A DNA stretch of 19,192 nt, taken from assembly GCA_964236955.1 (NCBI GenBank), contig CAXSGP010000068.1, positions 1,698 through 20,889 of the forward strand, given 5' to 3'. Both the position numbers and the translations under genes were made by a program. How positions within the stretch are numbered: position 1 is the stretch's first letter; the number at the start of each line of letters is the position of its first letter. This DNA is from an uncultured Oligoflexus sp. GTDB lineage: Bacteria > Bdellovibrionota_B > Oligoflexia > Oligoflexales > Oligoflexaceae. Below the pieces are notes generated by a model that ran no database searches, had not been told where the DNA came from, and worked only from the letters and a program-made list of their open reading frames with translations. Shown one piece after another: positions 7,772-15,919 of this stretch.

Positions 7772-8419
7772 TCATCCGCATTGGCGCCATGTGATACCGT
7801 ATTTTTGAACGATTTGACCATCGATCGTGTCGTTGGTGATCAAGCCCGCAGCAGTTGGGAACTTAACTTTGTCGGTGTTCCAAACGCGGATTGCCGTGTT
7901 GACGCTTAGAGCGCGTTTCGCACCGCAAGCAGACCATACCACTGAGCCAACACCGACTTTATCCGTGTAGACATAATCCTGTGTGAATGAGCCCTTGGAC
8001 ACTGACGAGAACTTCAGTTGTTGTGGGTCGCCTTGGAGGAAGTAGGTTGCAGAGTGTTCTGCATTTACGCCAGCATCCAAGTTAACAAAACCGCGGAAGT
8101 TAAAATCAACTATCGAGAACTGCCATCCGGCTGGAATGTCTAGGTCAAGGGTAAGGTTACAGTTTTTGCGGTTGGCCGAAGCTGGGATACCAGGACCTGC
8201 TTCAGCGATAAACTCCGAAAAGGAAACAGTAAAGGCTTGCTTGTCAGGCGCGACGTTAACGGAAGCCGTCGAGGCATCGCTGCAACCTGTGCCCTTGAAA
8301 GAAATGTTGTCGATAAGGATAGGTTGTTCGGGAACGGTCCGGCTGAGTGCGAACAAGGGTGTACTGGCAAGGATAGCGATGGGAGCAAGCACCTTAACTA
8401 CTGATTGTGCAACTTTCAT
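7772..8419 (-). CDS. Secreted DUF4360 domain protein
   Basis: Likely start MKVAQ at 8419 (AAGG upstream); signal peptide; GTGC, FTVSF, RKNC.L.L.L.IP.GWQFS.....RG...L..G and WS.CG..C-terminal W..C pattern of DUF4360. Confidence 0.85.
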   Translation of the reverse strand: MKVAQSVVKVLAPIAILASTPLFALSRTVPEQPILIDNISFKGTGCSDASTASVNVAPDKQAFTVSFSEFIAEAGPGIPASANRKNCNLTLDLDIPAGWQFSIVDFNFRGFVNLDAGVNAEHSATYFLQGDPQQLKFSSVSKGSFTQDYVYTDKVGVGSVVWSACGAKRALSVNTAIRVWNTDKVKFPTAAGLITNDTIDGQIVQKYGITWRQCG

Positions 8420-8783
8420 TTTAAAACCTTTCACGAAGCGTTGATTGAAGAGCATTCCTAAGAAATTACTACATGAGTCCTGCTTCGTGAAGCAATATAA
8501 AAGATATTGAAAGTTGTGGGATAAAGTGCGGTTGATGCTTAAAGATAAAAATCAAAAATCACAAAAAGCTTGGAAGTAACAGTATTTTGTTGGGAGGTTT
8601 CTGCGAGCGTCGCAGAGAGATTTTGATCGGCATGCACTCGAAAAAAAAGCTACGGCTTCTAATATCTATTTAGAATCTTTCTCTGTCTCAGCGAAAAGTC
8701 TAGGGTCCAGGCCCTCTTTTTTTTCAGTACCGCCAGTTGGGATGGCGAGCGATGGACCCTTCTTCTACCATCATGGACCCCTG

Positions 8784-10022
8784 TTAGGCGGGCAGGAGTT
8801 TGCCTAAATTTTTCTGGACGGTTGCCAAAATACGATGGCCGTCGTCTCGACCCAACTTTTCCAGGGAGGTTTGCAGGTCGATAAAAAGCAGCTCTTTATA
8901 AGTGACGAGAACAAAGGCAAAGGGATCTTTCACCGATTGAGCCGCTGCGGCCCGATGTTCAGTAACTACGGCATCTCCCATTTTGGGAAAAGGTTGGACA
9001 CGTCCCATATTGCTTATATTCACAGTGGGTCGATGGGAGGACATGCGGCTGGAGACCTTAGGCTTTTTGGGTTTTCTTGCAGCTCGCGCCAGCTTTGCTA
9101 GCAGAAAAGGCCGACCTTCCCTGATGCCTTGATTTACAGTGTCGAAACATTGCTTGGCCAGGGTCCAGGTATCAGTGTCTTTACCCACAGAGTAGAGCGC
9201 GAGATGGCCGGAGAGAAAGACCCCGAACTCCTCAATGTCGGCACCTATAGCGGCTCGTAAACTGACGGGAGTATTAAGAGATAACGCTTCGATCGGATTT
9301 TTGCCGTAGAGTTCGTAAATGGATTGAAGAATAACGGCGCTGACAAGTCCAAAAAGGTTGCAGCCCCGGGCCCGTGCTAAAGCGATCAACTCAGTGGAAC
9401 GATTGAAGGTTATTCCCTGGGACAGGGTATTTTGGGTTGCATTCGCTGAGCCTATTTGTAATGCGGGGCCCAGTTTCGCCAGAGTGAATACAAATTTCAA
9501 GGCCAGAAACCAGCCGATGATACCCTTGAAAAGGCGCGGGAACCTATCCTCCATAGGCTTTTGCAGGGCCAAAGGTACAAGCGCTTCGTCGTTGTAGAAC
9601 TTTATGAGATTCCGACATACCATGCCCGCCGTTATTCCGTCAGCGACGGCATGATTGACAGTAAAGATGATATCAAAAGCGTCCGTAGAACGCAGGATAC
9701 GAAAGGCTGCAAGACCTTCGCCCGGATGGAACGGGCGTATAAGGTTTTCTTCGACGACGCGACGCCACTGTTCGTCATCCTGTCGCTCGGTAACTTCCAG
9801 GGGAATCCGTTCGGGGGCCCCTTTCATAGAAAATCGGAGATAAGGATCGGCAACGATCGAAGCCCGCAGAAGGGGATAGGCCTCCGAAAGTTTGCGGATG
9901 GATTGGCGCAGTCGTTCGCCATCGTAATGGCCATCGAAGCGCAGGATGCCGCACATATGAGTCGAGCCAATCAGATTCTGTTGGTAGAACTGTCGCTCTA
10001 AGCCGCCTAGTTGTCTTTCCAC
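8784..10022 (-). CDS. Stand-alone condensation-domain / PapA5-alcohol acetyltransferase-type acyltransferase
   Basis: Probable GTG start at 10022 (ERQLGGLERQF, typical N-terminus); YPLLRA; NHAVADG variant of HHxxxDG; PVSLR; ISNMG. The longer ORF-track start (10163) overlaps the upstream gene. Confidence 0.82.
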   Translation of the reverse strand: MERQLGGLERQFYQQNLIGSTHMCGILRFDGHYDGERLRQSIRKLSEAYPLLRASIVADPYLRFSMKGAPERIPLEVTERQDDEQWRRVVEENLIRPFHPGEGLAAFRILRSTDAFDIIFTVNHAVADGITAGMVCRNLIKFYNDEALVPLALQKPMEDRFPRLFKGIIGWFLALKFVFTLAKLGPALQIGSANATQNTLSQGITFNRSTELIALARARGCNLFGLVSAVILQSIYELYGKNPIEALSLNTPVSLRAAIGADIEEFGVFLSGHLALYSVGKDTDTWTLAKQCFDTVNQGIREGRPFLLAKLARAARKPKKPKVSSRMSSHRPTVNISNMGRVQPFPKMGDAVVTEHRAAAAQSVKDPFAFVLVTYKELLFIDLQTSLEKLGRDDGHRILATVQKNLGKLLPA

Positions 10023-10119
10023 GGTATACTCTTGATTCGATATTTCGGTTTTTATGCTGGTCCTTGCTAAAATTTTTAAGATTGAATGTCTAGAAGATTT
10101 ATCAGTCCCATCCATTTCT

Positions 10120-10674
10120 CTAGGGCTCAGCCGTAAACCGTGCATGGAGTTTCCGCACCGCAAGAGGCAGTTCCTGCAGAACGGCCTCTATCTCCGGCGG
10201 CGAAAGCTGTCGACTCTTGATGAAGTGATCGAGGCACTGCACTCGTGTCACTGTGATGGCGCCGGCGTCTTTTGCGCACTCAAGGTAAAATTTTTGAATT
10301 TTTTCCCTCCATTCCGGGTGACTTCCTTCAAGCATGGCTATTTCTCCGATTTTTCGGCCCGATTGAATGACGACGGTAGGGGTGATATGAGGATTGTCCT
10401 TCACCGCTTGGATCATCTCTGTCTGTTTTCTGCGGGCCATCCGGGATTCTTCTTGAGCAGTCTCGAGTGCGGCCGATTTTGTTGCGGGGAAGATGGTCTC
10501 AGGCATCGGAGCAGGAACAGGGCTCAACGGCCTTTCAATCGCAGCTTTTTTTTCTAGGATAGGATCAGCCACCGGAGTGCTTGAATTCGCCGGCTGAGTA
10601 GACTCGGCGGGAACGAGCCAATAAAGCCCAAAACCTATGAGCAAAACCGCTAAGATACGGATCCCCTGCTTCAT
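10120..10674 (-). CDS. Hypothetical N-terminally anchored/secreted helical protein
   Basis: MKQGIRILAVLLIGFGLYWL hydrophobic anchor, Pro-rich linker, helical C-terminal part with a Cys pair (YLECA...RVQCL); start 16 nt after the upstream lipoprotein stop. Confidence 0.7.
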   Translation of the reverse strand: MKQGIRILAVLLIGFGLYWLVPAESTQPANSSTPVADPILEKKAAIERPLSPVPAPMPETIFPATKSAALETAQEESRMARRKQTEMIQAVKDNPHITPTVVIQSGRKIGEIAMLEGSHPEWREKIQKFYLECAKDAGAITVTRVQCLDHFIKSRQLSPPEIEAVLQELPLAVRKLHARFTAEP

Positions 10675-10690
10675 CCGCCAACCTTTGGAG

Positions 10691-11737
10691 CTATTCAATT
10701 ATCGTGAAATTCGAAACATCGATCTGCGGTAGGGAAGGTTCAGGATTTGCATCCCCATAGTTCGCCTCAGTATCTTCAACCAGAATCCGGGATAGGACAT
10801 CGATCCGGGCCGCATCCAGACCACCGGTATCGGATGCCGAACAGATTCCATCACAGATGCCTATCATACCACCGATCAACTGAGCACCAACATTATAAGC
10901 GCCATTTGCATAAGTATCGCAGGCAGGCAATCCTGCTAGCTCAGACGCCACACTTCCGTCCGCAGGACAATTGCTGTGGGCGAATCCAAAGGTTCCCGCC
11001 GCATCGTTACCATCGCTGTGGCGCGCTTCGTGCAAAAGGACGTTCAGTCGAAACAATGATTTTACAAGGCGGTAGCCTTTCCCTGCATCCTGTCCGCTAT
11101 CCTGGGTATCATCCTCGTCGATCAGACTCGGCCCCAATTTTACCACGCCGCCGCGAGTTGATAAAAACGGAACATAAGTATCATCAAACTGAAATTGCAA
11201 TCCCTCAACCCCTTGATCCCGATTATTGGCAAGGATCTGGTAAAGCGAAGCACTGATATTCAACGCGGCCACACCGCTTCCCGCGCCAGCCTCAAAGCGC
11301 GTATTATAGATCCGTTCCTCGGATGGAACAATAAGGGCAATCTCAAATTTATTGCCGTTACTCGGATAAAAGTAGCTAACCCGATCCATGAACCACTCCG
11401 CAAGAGTTGCCGCCGAAACTGTCGCGAGCCCGGTAACCGCTGCCAGCTTTTTCTGAGCCGCCGGTCGGGAAAGGTCCGACCAGTTCGCGAGGTTTTTCAT
11501 ATCGTATGCGAGGTAGAGTTTGGCTTCCGAATCAAAATCACGAGTATATTGGAAATGCTGAAGGAGTTTCTGTTCAACGGATAGAGCGGCATACTCCGGG
11601 TCCTTCGGATCGATCTTCGTCCCACTGGAATAATTCGTTCCTGCTTCGTCAAGCTTTCTGTCTGCCGTAACGGCTGCCGGGTCGCCGCAAGCGAGAACCA
11701 GTCCCAGGAACAGAGGCGCAATGTTTAGCTTATTCAT
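10691..11737 (-). CDS. Lipoprotein with HExxH motif, putative zinc metallopeptidase-like
   Basis: Lipobox LVLAC; LLHEARHSDG; further H..CP and three more Cys in the C-terminal region; GGAG SD upstream. Confidence 0.72.
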   Translation of the reverse strand: MNKLNIAPLFLGLVLACGDPAAVTADRKLDEAGTNYSSGTKIDPKDPEYAALSVEQKLLQHFQYTRDFDSEAKLYLAYDMKNLANWSDLSRPAAQKKLAAVTGLATVSAATLAEWFMDRVSYFYPSNGNKFEIALIVPSEERIYNTRFEAGAGSGVAALNISASLYQILANNRDQGVEGLQFQFDDTYVPFLSTRGGVVKLGPSLIDEDDTQDSGQDAGKGYRLVKSLFRLNVLLHEARHSDGNDAAGTFGFAHSNCPADGSVASELAGLPACDTYANGAYNVGAQLIGGMIGICDGICSASDTGGLDAARIDVLSRILVEDTEANYGDANPEPSLPQIDVSNFTIIE

Positions 11738-11953
11738 GCTGGACTCTCCGAATGAAGCAACAGCTCATTATCGGTGGTCTTGGCAATTAATGTAGCTTGT
11801 TGAATTAAGACATAAATATCATGGTATTGCGCCAAAGAAATGGGGTTTTCATCGGCGGGATGGCTAGGCGTTGGAGCAAAAGTGTTAAGTATTATCGAGC
11901 TAATCCCGATACCTACGAATTCTCCCCGATGACCGAATTTGAGGGATTGCCGA

Positions 11954-14065
11954 ATGCAAAGATTATTTAGCCTTAGCCTGCTCTTGCTTGTGTTGGGCTG
12001 TAAGCAGGACCAATCGAATCCCGCTGGTAAATCGGTAACCGTAAAAGGGTCGAAGGGCAACGGTAACGCCGCTACCAAGGATCCCGATCCTTTCAATATT
12101 CCCGGCGAAGCCATCGACGAGGAAGACCCTGTAGCAGCCCCTTCCTCCCCATCAAACGGCGGTACGAAGGCTAAACCTATAGCGGGGGTGCCCACTCCGG
12201 CCATGGGGGCAGGCGTTTGCACCATGACCCTTCCCAAAGCACCCGTCCTTGCCGCCCCAGTACCTCATGCCGTGATACGGACAGTCACTGCGGGACGAGT
12301 TCGCCAGAGACATGAATCAAATGGTACCTTCGCGGGTTTTGGTGATCATTATTTTGAAAATCGTTCCTTTGAAATTATACTGGAGGATTTCACACCCACC
12401 GGCGTGAAAAAATTCAAAATCACGATGAAACCTCTTGGTATTGCCGGAACGGGGGCTACCCTGCCCGATGGTAGCAAAGATGTGGGCCTGCCGAATCTTC
12501 GCCTCTTCCAAAACGGTGGAGCGAACCCCGACCAATTTAATATTAACCTCCTTATGAATAACGAAGGCAACAATGTCTTCACTTATACCTACACGGACGG
12601 CGGCAACGACCCGGCGACGGCCCTGACAGCTGGACGGCTGGTGGGATTTGAATTTGGATTCTTCTTCAACCCTAAGAAAGTCGCCGGGCGAAACTCCTAC
12701 TATTCCGATACCTTTCGTTTTGTAGTTGGCAGACCAGGGCTGGTCCTCGGCGTGCCTCTCACACCCAATGTTCCGGGCGATCCCGACGCTCAGGTTGAAC
12801 GCAGATTCTATTCAGCTGGTGATTTCACCGTTCCCAACATCATTGCCGAGGCGGACCGGCATCTCGCCTATTCTCAAAGCAGTTTAAACATTCTACAGCC
12901 GGATATGCAGGGCTTTCTGGAAGGCCGCAGTCTGTTTCACAGTGACTTCACGAGCGGAACCCATACGGAACAGGGCATCACCTTTAGCGCCGAACGCATA
13001 GCCAAACAAAAGGGTCTCGCCGGTCCGGCGATGGACGCCAATGCCTGCTCGGTTTGCCATTCTGAAAACGGACGTTTTCAAGCTGGCGCCACCGATGCCC
13101 CGGTTCACGTGCTGAAGATTTCCACGCTGGCCGACGCGCCTCATCCCCAATACGGTCTGCAGCTCCAAAAATCGGAGAATGCCGCCTCCAAAATCCTGCT
13201 TGAACGGCCCACGAAAGGAGTCGCCTTTGAAGATGGCACGAAAGTCACTCTAAGTTATCCAAAGTACACTTTGAAGGACAGCAAAGTATCAGCGCGTATT
13301 CCTCTGATGGTCTACGGTCTTGGTCTGCTTGAAGCGGTTGCCCCTGAAACCATACTGGCCCGTGCCTGTGATGATTCTGCGAAAGACATTAGTGGACGAG
13401 CCGGTTATGCCATCAATCCAGAAACCGGCAAGAAAGAATTGGCCCGCTTTGGGTGGAAGGCAAGTAAAGTATCATTGAAGCATTCCGTCAGCGAGGCTTT
13501 GCTCTTTGATATGGGCGTTACGAACCCCCTTATGCCTACGGCCGAATGCGAAAGGACCGGAGTCTGCGGTACAGGAACGGCTGAACTTCCAGGCGAGGAT
13601 GTGGATCGGCTCGTAAAGTACATGCAAAACATTGCAGTCCCCGTGCAAAGGAACATCAAAGATCCGGCTTTTGCCCGTGGCCAGACCTTGTTTAACAGGC
13701 TGGGCTGCGCCAGCTGTCATGTTCCCGAGCTCTACACAGGCAACACCCATCCGGTCGAAAAACTGAGAAACCAAAGCTTTTTACCCTATACCGACCTTCT
13801 GCTCCACGATATGGGCGCTGGGCTGGCTGATAACAGGCCCGACGGCTCAGCGACAGGCACGGAATGGCGAACCCCACCTCTGTGGGGTCTTGGCTTGATG
13901 AAGACGGTAAACGGTCAGATGATGCTTTTAAACGATGGTCGAGCCAAGAGCTATGAAGAAGCCATTCTCTGGCACGGCGGTGAGGCAGCCGTTATTCAAG
14001 GCGAGTTCCGTAAACTCATCAAGACCGATCGGGATGACCTTTATTTCTTCCTTCAATCCATCTAA
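11954..14065 (+). CDS. Di-heme oxidoreductase family (DHOR/DUF1111) lipoprotein with extra N-terminal domain
   Basis: ATG 11954 after GAGGG; lipobox LVLGC; two CxxCH motifs (CSVCH 13046-13060, CASCH 13706-13720); GLGLLEA, RFGWKA, DMGVT, PYTDLLLHDMG, WRTPPLWGLG, DGRA, AILWHGGEA. Confidence 0.9.
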   Translation: MQRLFSLSLLLLVLGCKQDQSNPAGKSVTVKGSKGNGNAATKDPDPFNIPGEAIDEEDPVAAPSSPSNGGTKAKPIAGVPTPAMGAGVCTMTLPKAPVLAAPVPHAVIRTVTAGRVRQRHESNGTFAGFGDHYFENRSFEIILEDFTPTGVKKFKITMKPLGIAGTGATLPDGSKDVGLPNLRLFQNGGANPDQFNINLLMNNEGNNVFTYTYTDGGNDPATALTAGRLVGFEFGFFFNPKKVAGRNSYYSDTFRFVVGRPGLVLGVPLTPNVPGDPDAQVERRFYSAGDFTVPNIIAEADRHLAYSQSSLNILQPDMQGFLEGRSLFHSDFTSGTHTEQGITFSAERIAKQKGLAGPAMDANACSVCHSENGRFQAGATDAPVHVLKISTLADAPHPQYGLQLQKSENAASKILLERPTKGVAFEDGTKVTLSYPKYTLKDSKVSARIPLMVYGLGLLEAVAPETILARACDDSAKDISGRAGYAINPETGKKELARFGWKASKVSLKHSVSEALLFDMGVTNPLMPTAECERTGVCGTGTAELPGEDVDRLVKYMQNIAVPVQRNIKDPAFARGQTLFNRLGCASCHVPELYTGNTHPVEKLRNQSFLPYTDLLLHDMGAGLADNRPDGSATGTEWRTPPLWGLGLMKTVNGQMMLLNDGRAKSYEEAILWHGGEAAVIQGEFRKLIKTDRDDLYFFLQSI

Positions 14066-14517
14066 GGGTACTTTCCGTAACTTTCCTGGCGAGCGTCTGC
14101 CGCTCATTGGGAAAGTTTTTACCTTAGCTCGGAGCAGCTTGAATACCCAAAGCCCAAGCGCAAAATTAAAATCCTCAGTGACTTAAGCCCGCACTAAATT
14201 TGATAAATTAATCATGTCGCCGGAAAAACCCTAAAATATTTTCATAATTTTGGATACCTACCGCTCTGGCAGGCGTCTGCCAATGGCGGCGGGGAGATTG
14301 CTCTCACTCTTCCGGCTCTTTTCGCCGATGGTACGCCTGTTATTTGAAAGCTGAAAGAGGCCACCCCATATGAAATATAAAAAGCTGAGGAATGCCGCAT
14401 GAACTCTACCAAATTTGCTGCTCGGAAGGCTCTGGCCCAGCATCGCGAGGGTTTCTCCAATTATGGCCATAAACAGGCGGGAAAATCCCTTGCAAGAGAT
14501 ATCACGAGGAAAGGCCG

Positions 14518-15315
14518 GTGACAGCAATGAAACAATCCTCTCTTCGCCTTCTCGTGATCGATGACAATCGGACCAATCGCATAGTCGCCGAAAGAATTAT
14601 TTTCGCTCTGGGGCAAACGCCTTCATCCTGTGAATCGGGTGTCGAGGCGCTCAGTTTGCTTGAGAAAAAGCAATTTGATCTGATCCTTATGGATATTTTT
14701 ATGCCGCTTCTCAATGGCTATGAGACGACCCAGGAGTTACGAAAAATGTCCCTGCATGCGACGGTTCCCATAATCGCCTTTTCCGACCAGGCGAATTATG
14801 GGTACCGGCAAAAGTGTTTGAATGCAGGAATGAATGGTTTTCTCAATAAACCCTTGAAAGCTATCGAGCTGGAAATCATTTTGCAGAAATTTTGTGCTCA
14901 GGAGCAGAATGGAGCCAGTCCTGTTTTCAGGATTGAGAGCGATCTCAAGGTCCTTAATCAGGAGATCCTGGAAAACATTGACTCTCTTGATAACTCTAAT
15001 GGAGCCTTACTTAAAGATGTCGTCGGTCTTTTTATAAATAACACTCCTCCAGTGCTCAACACGTTATATGAGGTGATGGAATCCGGTAACAGGGAGGAAT
15101 CGGTACGGCTCGCTTCTAAAATTAAGGGTATGTGTGCCAATATCGGGGCCCTGCGCCTGATCCATGGGATGGAATATATCGGCCTTTCCTATTCTACTAT
15201 TCCGGCCCAGGATCGTCAGGTGCTCTCGACTCTCATCGATCGGGAATTCGAAGCGACCGTGAGCGCCTTAAAGACTGTGCTGGCTGGGAGAAAAAATTGC
15301 TCGCAGGCCGCATAG
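14518..15315 (+). CDS. Response regulator: receiver domain plus degenerate HPt domain
   Basis: LLVIDDN, LILMDIFMP..NG, PIIAFS, GMNGFLNKP receiver motifs; C-terminal ASKIKGMCANIGA matches HPt AHxLKG....GA but lacks His. Start may be GTG 14518 or ATG 14527. Confidence 0.88.
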   Translation: MTAMKQSSLRLLVIDDNRTNRIVAERIIFALGQTPSSCESGVEALSLLEKKQFDLILMDIFMPLLNGYETTQELRKMSLHATVPIIAFSDQANYGYRQKCLNAGMNGFLNKPLKAIELEIILQKFCAQEQNGASPVFRIESDLKVLNQEILENIDSLDNSNGALLKDVVGLFINNTPPVLNTLYEVMESGNREESVRLASKIKGMCANIGALRLIHGMEYIGLSYSTIPAQDRQVLSTLIDREFEATVSALKTVLAGRKNCSQAA

Positions 15316-15367
15316 TAAATCGGCAATCACCCGGTGATGAATGAAAACACCTCCTATCTCTACTGAC

Positions 15368-15919
15368 TTAGCGTCTATGTTTTATGACTTTCGTCTTAAG
15401 CAGCAAATCATGGAGGGTTAATTTATCAGCTCGACCCAACATCATAAGCAGGCCTAAGAATAAAATAGCAGTAGAGATCGCTTTTCCAACGATTTCCCGC
15501 GCACAGATCCGCCAAAAGCCGAGGCGGGTCGCATTATCCCGGGTGAGAAGTTTTAACCCCATGAAGGACTTGCCGAGCGATTGCCCCCAGAAATAAAGGG
15601 GGAGGATTTGAAATATCACAAAGGCCACGGCGCTTATAAAAAACTTAACGTAGCTGACCTTATCAGCCTGTTCCATTGCCGCGAAACGGCCGAGGATTTT
15701 GATAAAAGGCAAATTCATGAGGCTTATGACGATGCCGACGATAAAGGAATCGATTAGGGTTGCAAAGGCCCGTTCCACAAAGCTTGCCGGCCCATAAACC
15801 GAAAAATCCTCCTCCAGGCTATGGTGAAGGCGAATGCCCCCTACGTCGCGGGTTTGCGGTTTGTTCCCGGCGGCTGGGCGGCCTTGGCCCTGTGGATTAG
15901 CTGACCTTTGCTGGCCCAT
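15368..15919 (-). CDS. RDD family membrane protein
   Basis: ATG 15919 after GAGGTGG; ASFVERAFATLID, GQSLGK..MGL, AREIVG, LHDLLLKTKVI motifs. Confidence 0.9.
   Translation of the reverse strand: MGQQRSANPQGQGRPAAGNKPQTRDVGGIRLHHSLEEDFSVYGPASFVERAFATLIDSFIVGIVISLMNLPFIKILGRFAAMEQADKVSYVKFFISAVAFVIFQILPLYFWGQSLGKSFMGLKLLTRDNATRLGFWRICAREIVGKAISTAILFLGLLMMLGRADKLTLHDLLLKTKVIKHRR

Noticed and set aside
8752..8780. Short direct repeat ATGGACCC x2
   Set aside because: Only two 8-bp copies; not a CRISPR array or a target-site duplication around any element.
11734..12237. 167-aa minus-strand ORF and similar antisense or alternate-frame ORFs across the window
   Set aside because: Shadows of well-supported genes; no motifs or convincing RBS.
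787..14065. Methanobactin-like supercluster linking the MNIO with the di-heme protein (as MbnH) and the barrel
   Set aside because: About 9 kb apart with unrelated genes, strand switches and terminators between; the di-heme protein is DUF1111-type and no MbnP or TonB receptor is seen.
14190..14510. Possible riboswitch/ncRNA upstream of the response regulator (e.g. GGCAG-GCGT-CTGCC hairpin)
   Set aside because: Only short hairpins; no recognisable aptamer consensus. An Rfam search would be needed.
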